DNA from: Acidobacteriota bacterium
GTDB lineage: Bacteria; Acidobacteriota; UBA890; WLXD01
Assembly: GCA_965248695.1 (NCBI GenBank)
Contig: CBDFKD010000002.1
Span: 128,001-192,000 of the forward strand
Direction of reading: 5' to 3'
Length of the DNA stretch: 64,000 bases
Shown: positions 42,569 through 52,179 of the stretch, in pieces
Layout: each line of letters starts with the position of its first letter
Position numbering within the stretch: the stretch's first letter is position 1
The notes under the pieces: generated by a model
The model's input: the letters and a program-made list of their open reading frames with translations, nothing else
Databases searched by the model: none
What the model was told of the DNA's origin: nothing
Position numbers and translations under genes: made by a program

Positions 42569-43882
42569 TCAGCGAACGAGAAGAACGCGATCGTTGGCCG
42601 GATACAGCCACTCGACGCCACGCTCGGTAACGATCGCGTCGTCCTCCAGGGGTATGCGGATCTTCGCGCCACCCCATTCCGGTGCCGCCGTGTAGGCGAA
42701 CAGCTCGATCGACAGGAGGTTGGTCGGCTGGATCTCGAACGTCAGGCGCAGCGGGTTGAACCACGCAATCGACGGGCCGACGCCGTGACCGAGGTTCCCA
42801 ACCGAGTGGCAACCGATGATGACCTCGGTCTTGTCGCTACCGGAGATGACGTTGAACTCCTTCATCATCTCGAAGCCGCCAGCGGTGATCTCGTCGTGCA
42901 ACCGCTCGAGCATGTCGGCGGCGGTCGGCCCCGGCTTGATGGTGCGTCGAATGATGTCACGCACCTTCCGAGCTTGATCGAAGGCGTTCTGGATGCCCGC
43001 CGGCGCTGCCGCTTCGCCCGCGCGCAACACGTAGGCGATGCGCTTCATGTCCGTGTACATGTTCAGGAACCCAACGCCCCAGTCGATCATCAGCAGATCG
43101 CCGCGCTGGATGATGCGCTCATTGGACGTCGCTACGATCCCTTCGGGGCCGGTGATGTAGATCGACGGAAAGTCGAAGGAGGTTTCCAATCCCCGCGCCA
43201 AGAGCTCGTCCATGATCCACCAGGCCACGTCCTCCAGCGCTGTCACGCCAGGCGTGATGACCTCGTTCGACAACGCCCGCTCGGCGATCTCACGCGACAG
43301 CTCGCCGGCCTCAGCGAAGGCGGCGATCTCGCTCGCTACGCGACGGGAGCGGAAATCCGAGATCAGCTTCTCGGCCGATACAAGCCGTTCGGCGTATGGC
43401 TCGCCGAGCGTCTCCACCAGGTGTACGTAGCTGCTGTGCGACAGCCCATCGGCACCGCCGATCTGGTGCGACATGTTGACCGCGATGCGCTCGGGGTTGC
43501 GCGCCAGCACGAACTCGCGCAGCTCCGTTGCCCCGACGATGTCGTAGGCACCGTTCTCCTCCAGGAGGTAGCCGCTGATACCCAGTGCGGCACGCTCGAT
43601 GCGCCCGCCCCGATCCGTGAAGATGTAATAGCCGGTGCTGCCAACGTAGCCGCGCCCCAGGTCCTCCGTCAGCGGATCCGGCGACCCCTCCTTGACGACG
43701 GTGATCCACATGTCGACGCGATTCTGTCGCATCGCCTCCGGCAGCACGTAATCGAACTTGTCGCGCCGGATCTGCGCCATACGTTCCCAGCGCCGTCTGG
43801 CTTCCTGGCCGCCGGCGTCCCCAGGAATCAGGGTGGTGAGGCACAAGAGCAGGCAGGCAAGAGCTCCGAGTTGTCGACGCAC
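42569..43882 (-). CDS. Secreted M24-family (Xaa-Pro aminopeptidase-like) peptidase
   Basis: Signal peptide and pita-bread-fold ligands DWG...TD, H(SVG)..GHG, IE and LEDD; GTG start with GGAGA RBS. Confidence 0.85.
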   Translation of the reverse strand: MRRQLGALACLLLCLTTLIPGDAGGQEARRRWERMAQIRRDKFDYVLPEAMRQNRVDMWITVVKEGSPDPLTEDLGRGYVGSTGYYIFTDRGGRIERAALGISGYLLEENGAYDIVGATELREFVLARNPERIAVNMSHQIGGADGLSHSSYVHLVETLGEPYAERLVSAEKLISDFRSRRVASEIAAFAEAGELSREIAERALSNEVITPGVTALEDVAWWIMDELLARGLETSFDFPSIYITGPEGIVATSNERIIQRGDLLMIDWGVGFLNMYTDMKRIAYVLRAGEAAAPAGIQNAFDQARKVRDIIRRTIKPGPTAADMLERLHDEITAGGFEMMKEFNVISGSDKTEVIIGCHSVGNLGHGVGPSIAWFNPLRLTFEIQPTNLLSIELFAYTAAPEWGGAKIRIPLEDDAIVTERGVEWLYPANDRVLLVR

Positions 43883-43991
43883 AGCGGTCTCCGCGTTGAT
43901 GAAACCCCACCGCAATCGCTGCGTCTATGATGATAGACAACAGTACCGGCGGCGCGAATCGCCGCGACCGGCAGAGCGGAGGAAGGTCAGT

Positions 43992-44192
43992 ATGTGGACG
44001 TTTTTCTTGTGGTTGATCTTGCTGATGATCAGCTGGCCGGTGGCGCTCCTCGCGCTGATCGTCTACCCGTTCGTATGGCTGCTGACCCTGCCGTTCAGGC
44101 TCATCGGCATCGGTGTTTCGACGATCTTCGAGACCCTGCATGCCCTGCTGGCGCTGCCGGCGCGCATGCTCCGAGGTCCGAGCCGAGCCTGA
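43992..44192 (+). CDS. Small hydrophobic membrane protein (66 aa)
   Basis: GGAGGAAGG RBS; MWTFFLWLILLMISWPVALLALIVYPFVWLLTLPFRL... Confidence 0.75.
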   Translation: MWTFFLWLILLMISWPVALLALIVYPFVWLLTLPFRLIGIGVSTIFETLHALLALPARMLRGPSRA

Positions 44193-44298
44193 GATCAGAT
44201 CGACGCGTCAGGATCATAGCCGACCGGGCTAGTCGCGCACAGCAACGCGGTCGCAGCTCGCCTGGACCCGGCTCAAACGCCTCTGGCGAGAGCGTCGG

Positions 44299-45823
44299 CT
44301 ACGAGGCCGCGCGGCTGCGGAAGGGCACCACCGACGGTCCGGCCGTCTGCTGCAACTTGCTTCGCAACAACGGCTCGATCTCTTCGGGGGGCATTGCCTT
44401 TCCAAGCAAGTGACCTTGCACCGACTCGCAGTCGAGCGCCCGCACGAAGCGTAGCTGGGCATCGTTCTCGATACCCTCTGCGACCACTCCTAGGCGCAGC
44501 TTGTGCGCCATGGCGATGATCGCAGCCACCAGGCTGCAGTTCTCCTGATCCTCGGGCACACCCTCCAAGAACGACCGATCGATCTTCAGAACCTCAGCCG
44601 GAAACCGCCTCAGGTAGCTGAGGGAGGAATACCCGGTTCCGAAGTCGTCGACCGACAGCCCGACGCCCATGGCACGGAGCGCGTGGGTGTTGGCCACCGT
44701 CCCCGGGGTGGCGCGCATGAGCACGCCCTCGGTGATCTCGAAGCGGAGAAAAGACGCGTCGACCCCATGCGTGTCGAGGATCGACCGCACCCGATCGACG
44801 AAGCCAGTATGCCGGAACTGGCGTGCCGATACGTTGATCGCCACGGTCACACGCCCGACGCCACCGTCGAGCCACTCGCGCCACTGCTTGCAAGCGCGCT
44901 CGATCACCCACTCGCCGAGTGGCAGGATGAGTCCGGTCTCCTCGGCCACCGGTATGAACCGCGATGGCGAGACCGGCCCGAGCTCGGGATCCCGCCAACG
45001 AATCAGGCAACCCGGTGAGCGTGTCGCGATAGGCGAGGAAGCGGATCTCAGCCTCGGCCGCCTTGCGATCGGTTACGTCCTGTACGGTACCCAGTAGCCG
45101 CTCATCGCCATGTCGCTGCAGAGCGATCTCGGCGTGCTGGAACACATGCCGAACCTCTCCGTCGCGCTCGCGCGTCCGGTAGCCGATCTGGTCAGATGCA
45201 TCACCGTCTATTCCCCGCTGCAACGCCTTCCGAACGCCTTCGACATCGTCCGGATGCACCTGTTCGAGCCACCGCTCGAGCGCCACGGTGGGCGTCGGTT
45301 CGATCTGGAAGATACGGAACATCTCCTCCGACCACGCGAACGCCCGCTCCTGGGGGAGATGAATCCAGTTGCCTAGGTGAGCGATGCGTTGCGCCGTCGC
45401 CAGGCTGGCGCGGCTCTCGCAGAGATCCCTGAACGCAGCACCGGCCCGCAGCAGATAGCGCACTCGGTGGCGCAGGGTCGTGGCGCACACCGGCTTGTCG
45501 ATAAAGTCGGTGGCCCCCACCTCGTACGCCTGGTCCCGCGACTGCTCATCGCCGTTCCCGGTCATCATCAACACCGGAAGATCGCGCGTCGACTCGCTGG
45601 CCCGCAGGCGACGGCGAAACTCCAGCCCGTCGATGTCAGGCATGCAGACGTCGGTGAGGATGAGGTCCGGAAGGCCTCTGCCGAGCTCGGCGAGCGCTTC
45701 CTCTGCCGAACAAACTTCGACTACCCGAGCGATCGGCCCCAGCGCGGCGGCCGTGTAGAGACGCATCTGGGCGTCGTCGTCGACCAGCAACACCGTCGGC
45801 TGTGAGGAATTGGAGTCCGGCAT
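44299..45823 (-). pseudogene. REC-PAS-[GGDEF deleted]-EAL c-di-GMP regulator with internal deletion and frameshift at ~45006
   Basis: REC (LLVDDD, TDVCMP, DFIDKP), PAS, then LAYRDTLTGLP joined directly, out of frame, to LIRWRDPELG.VSP.RFIPVAEETG...DDFGTGYSSL...KIDRSF...EGIE...QG. Confidence 0.88.
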
Positions 45824-45847
45824 GGTGATTCGTTCGTTAGCGTTTAT

Positions 45848-45988
45848 TGGTCACTATTGATTATTAAAAAATTCTTAACCAGAGACTTAATTTTATTTAA
45901 TCATCAAAACATGTCAAATATAAAGAAAAACGATTAGAAGTTAAATAAACATAGCAAAGCTTGACCGGACATGGCCACTATTGATCAT
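45848..45988. repeat. AT-rich island flanked by 17-bp imperfect direct repeats
   Basis: TGGTCACTATTGATTAT (45848-45864) and TGGCCACTATTGATCAT (45972-45988); 45841-45960 is 28/120 = 23% GC. Confidence 0.75.
45890..45917 (-). promoter_or_regulatory. Near-consensus sigma70 promoter for the REC-PAS-EAL gene
   Basis: Minus strand TTGACA (45917-45912), N16, TAAAAT (45895-45890), with AT-rich upstream sequence. Confidence 0.65.
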
Positions 45989-46035
45989 CCCTGCCTATGC
46001 GATCCCGTTGAGAGCCAGCCGGTCGAGTGATCGAG

Positions 46036-47253
46036 CTAGCGGCTGCCGCCGGCAAGCCGCAGCGCCTCGGGCATGCGACGCAGCGCAGCCATGCTGGCGA
46101 TCCCGAAAGCGGGACCGACCGCAAGCACCGCGAACGCGACGCCCCAACCGAGTGAGTCCGCCAGCGACGGGATCAGACGGACGGTGATCGTCGTCAGCAG
46201 GAACCCCATCGCGGTCTGCATGGTGAGCGCCGTGCCGACGTACGCCGGATCGCTCAGCTCGCTGACCGCGGCGCTGAACTGGGCGCTGTCGGCAACGACC
46301 GTGAACCCCCACACCAGGCAGATAGCGGTCAACAGCAACGGCCAGGGACCGAACCATCCGACGACCAGTGCACAGCCGCCGGATATCCCCATCGCGACCG
46401 AGGTCGTCGCCGTTCGGCCGACGCGATCGGCGACGGCCCCGGCGATCACGGAGCCGATCCCGCCCACGGCGATGACGGCGAACCCGGCCAGGCGTGCGGC
46501 CAGTTCGCCGTAGCCCGCGGCGCGATAGCTCTCCAACAGGAAGAGAGGCGCCCACGCCCACATCGCGTAGAGTTCCCACATGTGGCCCAGGTAGCCGAAG
46601 TTGGCCCTTCGGCTTGCCGGATCGCTGAGGCTGCGCGCCGCCTGGCGCCACTTGAACCGCGTAGCAGGTGGCAGATAAGGCCCCGGGCGAACCGCCCAGC
46701 TGATGATGGCCACCGACACCAGCGCCGACACCGAGGCAGTGAGCATCACTACCCGCCACGGTGGAAGCCCGTCCGGTGAGGTGGAGAGCGGCAACATGCT
46801 GAACAGGTGCGGCAATGCCGTCCCCATCGTGGTGGCGGCCACCAGCGCGCCGATCGCGAGCCCGCGGCCGCGCTCGAACCAACTCGCCATCAGCTTCATC
46901 GCCGGCGGGTACACGCCCGCTAGACAGGCGCCGGTGGCGCCTCGCAGCAGAAGCACCGCCGGCAAGCCCGGTTCGAATAGGGGAATCGCGGCGTTGAGCG
47001 CAGCGCCGAGCAGCGCGCCGAGCTGGAATAGACGATGGGCGGCCAGTCGGTCGGCGACATTGCTGATCGCCAGTCCCAGCGCCCCGACCACGAAGCCAAG
47101 CTGAACGCTGACCGTCAGCCAGGCACGCTCACCGGCATCGAGGCCCCATTCGGCCGTCAGCGACGGAACGACAGCCGACGCCGACATCCACAACGACATC
47201 GCCAACAGCTCCGCCAGCGACAACCACAGCAAGACTCGCCACCGGTCGGCCAT
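46036..47253 (-). CDS. MFS transporter
   Basis: About 12 hydrophobic segments; LAGVYPPAMK, GYLGHMWELYAMW and ADSAQFSA. Confidence 0.92.
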   Translation of the reverse strand: MADRWRVLLWLSLAELLAMSLWMSASAVVPSLTAEWGLDAGERAWLTVSVQLGFVVGALGLAISNVADRLAAHRLFQLGALLGAALNAAIPLFEPGLPAVLLLRGATGACLAGVYPPAMKLMASWFERGRGLAIGALVAATTMGTALPHLFSMLPLSTSPDGLPPWRVVMLTASVSALVSVAIISWAVRPGPYLPPATRFKWRQAARSLSDPASRRANFGYLGHMWELYAMWAWAPLFLLESYRAAGYGELAARLAGFAVIAVGGIGSVIAGAVADRVGRTATTSVAMGISGGCALVVGWFGPWPLLLTAICLVWGFTVVADSAQFSAAVSELSDPAYVGTALTMQTAMGFLLTTITVRLIPSLADSLGWGVAFAVLAVGPAFGIASMAALRRMPEALRLAGGSR

Positions 47254-47360
47254 CGCGGCATCATAGACGAGGACAGCGGGCTGCCGTTCCGGGCCCGCGT
47301 TGCATCGATGCCCTCGCCGGTCCGTACTCGCTCGGGCACGACAAACCTCACGGAGGGAGC

Positions 47361-47717
47361 ATGAAGCTGGCGCACACCATGATTCGGGTCAGGGACCTGG
47401 AAGCGTCGATCGCGTTCTATAGCGGCTTCCTCGGCCTGAACGAGGTGCGACGAAAGGGGATGAACGATGCGACGCTGGTTTTCCTCGCCGACGTCGACGA
47501 ACACCACTACATCGAGCTCACCTACAACCACGACGGGCGCGACTACGAAGCCGGTGACCAGTTCGGTCACCTGGCGTTCCACGCTGATGACCTCGAGGCG
47601 GTGGTGAGCGATGTGGAGGCGCGTGGCTGGTGGTACCGACGCTCGCAACCCGACCCGGGCCGCTACATCTTCGTCAAGGACCCCGACGGGTACGATATCG
47701 AGATCCTGCAGGCCTAG
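47361..47717 (+). CDS. gloA: VOC family protein, lactoylglutathione lyase-like
   Basis: HTMIRVRDLE.SI.FY, IELTYN, FGHLAF and FVKDPDGYDIE. Confidence 0.88.
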   Translation: MKLAHTMIRVRDLEASIAFYSGFLGLNEVRRKGMNDATLVFLADVDEHHYIELTYNHDGRDYEAGDQFGHLAFHADDLEAVVSDVEARGWWYRRSQPDPGRYIFVKDPDGYDIEILQA

Positions 47718-47734
47718 CTGATCGGGAGGCGGTC

Positions 47735-48898
47735 TCAGCTCTCGGGATAACCCGTCATCTCCACGAAGCCGTGTGCGCGAACGGCCCTGCCCGCGGCGGT
47801 GCCTGACGCGCTCACCATGCCCTCCCAGTAGCGGAACGTGGCGGCGAACTCCTGATCGGCCAGCCGGGGCTCCACATCGAGCTCGAGCGCGATGCTCGGG
47901 ACTCGGATTCGCCATCGCGACGGATACGACACATCCTCACGGCTACGCCACCGGTCGACGACCTGCACGTCGAAATCTGACCGCCGTAGGTGGACCGAGG
48001 AACCGTCACGATGTACCAACGTGCCGCTGCTCACCGGATCGTTGGTGCCGTCAGCCCGACGCATCAGGTACAGCATCAGCTCACGATCGTCGGACAGCTG
48101 CAGCGAGAACCAGTCCCAGCCGACCTGGTCCGTCTCGAGTGCGCTGGTGCTCCACTCGCGGTCGAACCAACTCGCCCCTGCCACCGCGTGGCTGGTGGCG
48201 CCAATCCGGACGACTCCCGTCGTCCGCAGCCGCGTGACGCTGTAGTAATGCGACGCATTGCCGGGACTTGCACCCTTGCGGCTGAGACCGTTGTCGCCCT
48301 GGGCAACGACGGGTTTCATCGGTTGCAGTCGGAGGTCGACGGCGAATCCCTCCTCTGCCGCTTGCAAGCGCAGCTCCGGAAGTTCGAGCGAGCTCGTATC
48401 TGCGGCCGGAGAAGCGGCGTCGAGGCGCCAGCTCTCGAGCCAGACGGAGAAAGGCTCGGCGGTCGTACCCGCCAGCCCGAGAGCCCCGCGGGCGAACCGC
48501 TCGGCGAAATGAAACTCCTGCGACGCCACGTCGCTCAGAGCGAAATGCCCCATGTAGAGGTTCCGCGCTCCCCAAGCCGACTGGCGTGGCAACGATGCCG
48601 CAGCCAGCGCGGTGCGGAAGAAGGTCAACTGGTAGCCGAAGTCATCACCGTCATCATCGGTGAGCTGACCCGTCAAATACCACCATTCGTTACGGAAATC
48701 GGCATGCTCGGCATGATCGCGCGGAAACACGAACGGCCTCGGCCGCTCGGCGCGCGCAAAGTCGCCCACTTCTCCACCCAGGATGGAAGTCACCGAGAGT
48801 CGGGCTCGTGACGGCGTCGGCACGGCCGGTGAGCAAGTGGCCATGGGGACCAGAACCGCGGCGGAGAGCAATCGCGTGGCAAGCCGATGCACGATCAT
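47735..48898 (-). CDS. AttH/CrtC-like lipocalin-fold secreted hydrolase
   Basis: FPRDH..H.DFRNEWWY, GYQLTFFR, SHYYS, WFDREWS, GWDWFS, YWEG and GFVEMTGY; ATG at 48898 overlaps the permease stop. Confidence 0.88.
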   Translation of the reverse strand: MIVHRLATRLLSAAVLVPMATCSPAVPTPSRARLSVTSILGGEVGDFARAERPRPFVFPRDHAEHADFRNEWWYLTGQLTDDDGDDFGYQLTFFRTALAAASLPRQSAWGARNLYMGHFALSDVASQEFHFAERFARGALGLAGTTAEPFSVWLESWRLDAASPAADTSSLELPELRLQAAEEGFAVDLRLQPMKPVVAQGDNGLSRKGASPGNASHYYSVTRLRTTGVVRIGATSHAVAGASWFDREWSTSALETDQVGWDWFSLQLSDDRELMLYLMRRADGTNDPVSSGTLVHRDGSSVHLRRSDFDVQVVDRWRSREDVSYPSRWRIRVPSIALELDVEPRLADQEFAATFRYWEGMVSASGTAAGRAVRAHGFVEMTGYPES

Positions 48899-51462
48899 TC
48901 CTCGCGCAGCGCCGCAACGGGCGGCAGCTGGGCGATCCGGGCTGCTGGCCAGAGTCCTGCCAGCAAGGCTGCGATGATCGCCAGTGCGAGCGCCTGCAGG
49001 AGGATCTCTGGCGGCACGTGCATCTGCAGAGTCCAACCGAACGAGCGCTTGTTGATGACGTGGACCATCACCCAAGCAAGGCCGAGGCCGAGCGGGATGG
49101 CCAGCGCCCCGGCGATGAAGCCGACGAGGCCGGTTTGTGAGGTCACCATCGCCCACAACTGCGGCGGCGTGAGGCCGGTAGCGCGCAGAACCCCGTACTC
49201 GCGCGTGTTTTCGAGCTGTATCGCCATCAACGCGCTGAGCACGCCGATGAAAGCGACCAGCATCACCAGCGTTCGCAGCACGCCGGTGATCAAGAACGTG
49301 CGATCGAAGATCTGCAACGAGCGCTGGCGTATGACCCGGTTCGTGATGATCACCACCCGTTGATCCTGGAAGATGTCGCGCAGGTCCGCGGCGAGCGCTT
49401 CGAGCGGCGTGCCGGGCAGCGCCGTCACCGACAACCCGTTGTTGCCGCGATCGGCCCACCAGCGATCATAGGTGCCCCGATGCATCAGAACCGCGCCCTG
49501 GTCGCTGGCGTAGCTGTAGTAGATCCCGGCCACGCGGAAGTCTCTATCGCCACGCCCGGTGCGCAGCGTGACGTCATCGCCCACCGCCGTGCCGTGACGG
49601 GAGGCGTATGGCTCCGACACCAGCACGTCGCCGTCGACGAACCGTCGCCAGGCACTGGCGTCGCCCGCCTTCAATCGATACGCCGACCCGTCGTCGACTC
49701 CATCCTCTATGGCGATGAGCGCTACCTGCGCGTCGCCGGCGGGGATCGTCACCACGCGGATCGTGCCGATCCTGAGGATCGACGGGTGCGCCTCGAGCGC
49801 CGCTCGTACCGACTCGTCGAGCGCCAGATCCGGCGCCGCGCGCCGCGCCGTAGCTGGCGACACATAGAGATCCGCCTGCAGAGTGTAGTCGAGCCAGCGC
49901 ACCAGCGTGAATCGGAAGCTGGCGACCATCACGCCGACTCCGATGACGACCGCTACCGCGATCATCAGGGCCGCCACCGCCACCGCTGTCCGACTCAGGC
50001 CCGCCGCCACGCCACGCGTCGATAGTGTGCCCACGGGTCCGAGGCGCCGGAACAGTAGTCGGTGCAGCAGACCGGCGATCGTCCGCGTAGCCAGAGGCGT
50101 CAACAACGCCGCCCCCAGCAACACGGCAAACAAGCCGGCGAACGCCGGCACCAGGCTCGCCGACGGAAGCGCGATGGCGCCGGCGCCCAGCACCCACAGG
50201 AGCACCGCCGCGGACGCCAGCCGCGGGGTCAGCAGCCGCGTCCGAGATTCGATCTCGGAGCGTGCCAGAGCCTTGCGCGGCGAGGTCCGGGTTGCCTCAC
50301 GGGCCGGCATCAGAGCCGCTGCCACGGTGGCGCCGAGCCCCAACACGCAGGCCATCACGATGCTCGACGGTGATACGGACAGCTCGCGCACCGTGACCGC
50401 GAAGTAAAGGTCGTTAACGGTACGCGTAACGAGGCTCACGAGGAGGCGCCCGAGCGCGATGCCGCCTACCAACCCGAGCAGAGTGCCCACCGTACCCACC
50501 ACCAACGCCTCGCCGATTACCAGGCGAAAGACTTCTGCCCGGGTCACGCCGAGGGCGCGCAGGGCACCGATCAGCGATCGTCGCTGCACCACCGAGAACG
50601 TCATTGTGTTGTAGATGAGGAACATGCCGCTGACCATGGCGAGCAGGCTCATGGCGCGAAGGTTGGTCCGGAACGCACTGGTCATCTGCATCGTCGCAGC
50701 GGCGCGCGCCCCGGCGACGACAATCTGCGCATCGAGGGGCAAGTCCTTCTCGATGCGCGCCAGGGCGCTCTTCTCATGAGCACCTTCGAGCCGCAGATCA
50801 ATGCGCGTGAGGCGTCCCAGCATGCCCAGCAGCTCTTGCGCCGTGGAGATGTCCGTCACCAGTACATCCTCCAGCCCGGCGCGGTCGTACCCTTCGCCCA
50901 GCACGGCGACCACCGACAACCGATCGTTGCGGCCGTCCGCCACGACATCGAGCACGCCGCCCACGGCCACACCGAGCGCCGCCGCGGTCGCTGCGGTCAG
51001 CACAGTTGCGCCCGGCTGAACGATCATCGTTCCCAGCGGCAGCGACTCCGTCCCGTCGAGCTCCGGAGCCCCGGCGACGCTTCCGCCGAGGTAGGTCCGT
51101 ACCTGTCCCTCCGCTAGCGGATCGACCCCCAGTACGCGCAGGACTCGCGCCGGGTCGTCGGCAAGGGAAACGTAGCCTTCGACCACCGGCGCGGCGGTGC
51201 GGATATCGAGATCGATGCGCAAGCGACGATAGGTCGCTTCGTCCAGGCCGCCGCTGCCGGCTTCAATCTGGTGAGTGGTGCTCCCGGTAAGAGCGGCCGT
51301 CGAGAGCTCGAAGGCGCGCTGCGCCGACCCCGTCGCGAGATCAACAGAAACCGCGACGCCGACCCCGAGCGCGACACCCAGCACCGAGAGCGCCAGCTGC
51401 CAGCGATGCCGCTGCAGATATCGGTAGCTACTGCGCCACAGCAGCCGACCAGGAAGGGGCAT
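48895..51462 (-). CDS. FtsX/MacB-like ABC permease (AttF/G-like, two repeats)
   Basis: Two FtsX-like TM modules (SVVQRR..IG.LRALG; REYGVLRATG) and INKRSFGW. Confidence 0.9.
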   Translation of the reverse strand: MPLPGRLLWRSSYRYLQRHRWQLALSVLGVALGVGVAVSVDLATGSAQRAFELSTAALTGSTTHQIEAGSGGLDEATYRRLRIDLDIRTAAPVVEGYVSLADDPARVLRVLGVDPLAEGQVRTYLGGSVAGAPELDGTESLPLGTMIVQPGATVLTAATAAALGVAVGGVLDVVADGRNDRLSVVAVLGEGYDRAGLEDVLVTDISTAQELLGMLGRLTRIDLRLEGAHEKSALARIEKDLPLDAQIVVAGARAAATMQMTSAFRTNLRAMSLLAMVSGMFLIYNTMTFSVVQRRSLIGALRALGVTRAEVFRLVIGEALVVGTVGTLLGLVGGIALGRLLVSLVTRTVNDLYFAVTVRELSVSPSSIVMACVLGLGATVAAALMPAREATRTSPRKALARSEIESRTRLLTPRLASAAVLLWVLGAGAIALPSASLVPAFAGLFAVLLGAALLTPLATRTIAGLLHRLLFRRLGPVGTLSTRGVAAGLSRTAVAVAALMIAVAVVIGVGVMVASFRFTLVRWLDYTLQADLYVSPATARRAAPDLALDESVRAALEAHPSILRIGTIRVVTIPAGDAQVALIAIEDGVDDGSAYRLKAGDASAWRRFVDGDVLVSEPYASRHGTAVGDDVTLRTGRGDRDFRVAGIYYSYASDQGAVLMHRGTYDRWWADRGNNGLSVTALPGTPLEALAADLRDIFQDQRVVIITNRVIRQRSLQIFDRTFLITGVLRTLVMLVAFIGVLSALMAIQLENTREYGVLRATGLTPPQLWAMVTSQTGLVGFIAGALAIPLGLGLAWVMVHVINKRSFGWTLQMHVPPEILLQALALAIIAALLAGLWPAARIAQLPPVAALREE

Positions 51463-51464
51463 GC

Positions 51465-52178
51465 CTAGCCGTCCCCCGAGCTCGCGTTCGGAAGCTCGTC
51501 CAATCGCCCGTCGCGGATCCGCAGCAACCTATCCGCGGTGGCTGCGATTTCATAACTGTGCGTGGCCATGATCAGCGTGCGGTCTCGCTGTCGGACCAGC
51601 CGGTCCAGCAGGTCGAGAACCTCGCCACCGGTCTCGATGTCGAGGTTGCCGGTGGGCTCGTCGGCCAACAACAGCTCGGGATCGTGCGATAGCGCCCGTG
51701 CAATGGCGAGGCGCTGCTGCTCCCCGCCCGAGAGCCGGTCGGGGAAGCTGTCCAGACGGTCCGCCAGCCCGACCTGGTCCAGCAGGTCACGACCGGCGGA
51801 GCGCGTTCGCTCGCTCAACGTGCCGCACAGTTCGAGCGGGAGAAGGACATTCTCCTCGACTGTCAACGTCGGCAGCAAGTTGAAGAACTGGAACACGAAG
51901 CCGACGCGGCGGCGACGAAACAGAGTTCGATCGCGCTCACTCAACGCGTCGATCCGCAGGCCGCCAACATGAACCTCCCCGCTGGTCGGCGAGTCCATCC
52001 CTGCGATGAGGTTCAGCAGCGTCGATTTTCCCGATCCACTGCGTCCGAGAACCACGACGAACTCACCGCGCCCGATGCTCGTACTGACGCCGCCGAGTAT
52101 CCGGCGGATGACACCGGCCTCGCCGTAGTCCTTCACCAGATCCCGCAGCACGACCATCGCGCCAGCCGACCCAGACAA
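51465..52178 (-). CDS. ABC transporter ATP-binding protein (LolD/MacB-like)
   Basis: [28 protein letters not shown] and ATH. Confidence 0.94.
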   Translation of the reverse strand: MSGSAGAMVVLRDLVKDYGEAGVIRRILGGVSTSIGRGEFVVVLGRSGSGKSTLLNLIAGMDSPTSGEVHVGGLRIDALSERDRTLFRRRRVGFVFQFFNLLPTLTVEENVLLPLELCGTLSERTRSAGRDLLDQVGLADRLDSFPDRLSGGEQQRLAIARALSHDPELLLADEPTGNLDIETGGEVLDLLDRLVRQRDRTLIMATHSYEIAATADRLLRIRDGRLDELPNASSGDG

Positions 52179-52179
52179 G

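Noticed and set aside
42527-43930. Long antisense or alternative-frame ORFs (e.g. 42527..43930+, 36234..37274-, 54791..55864-, 13982..14950+)
   Set aside because: They overlap well-supported genes, lack recognisable motifs, and are expected shadow ORFs in high-GC DNA.
48899-49459. Long N-terminal extensions given by the ORF track (AttH to 49459, kinase-like protein to 5294, lhr to 17727)
   Set aside because: They overlap neighbouring genes or promoter regions; downstream starts with RBS, translational coupling or signal peptides fit better.
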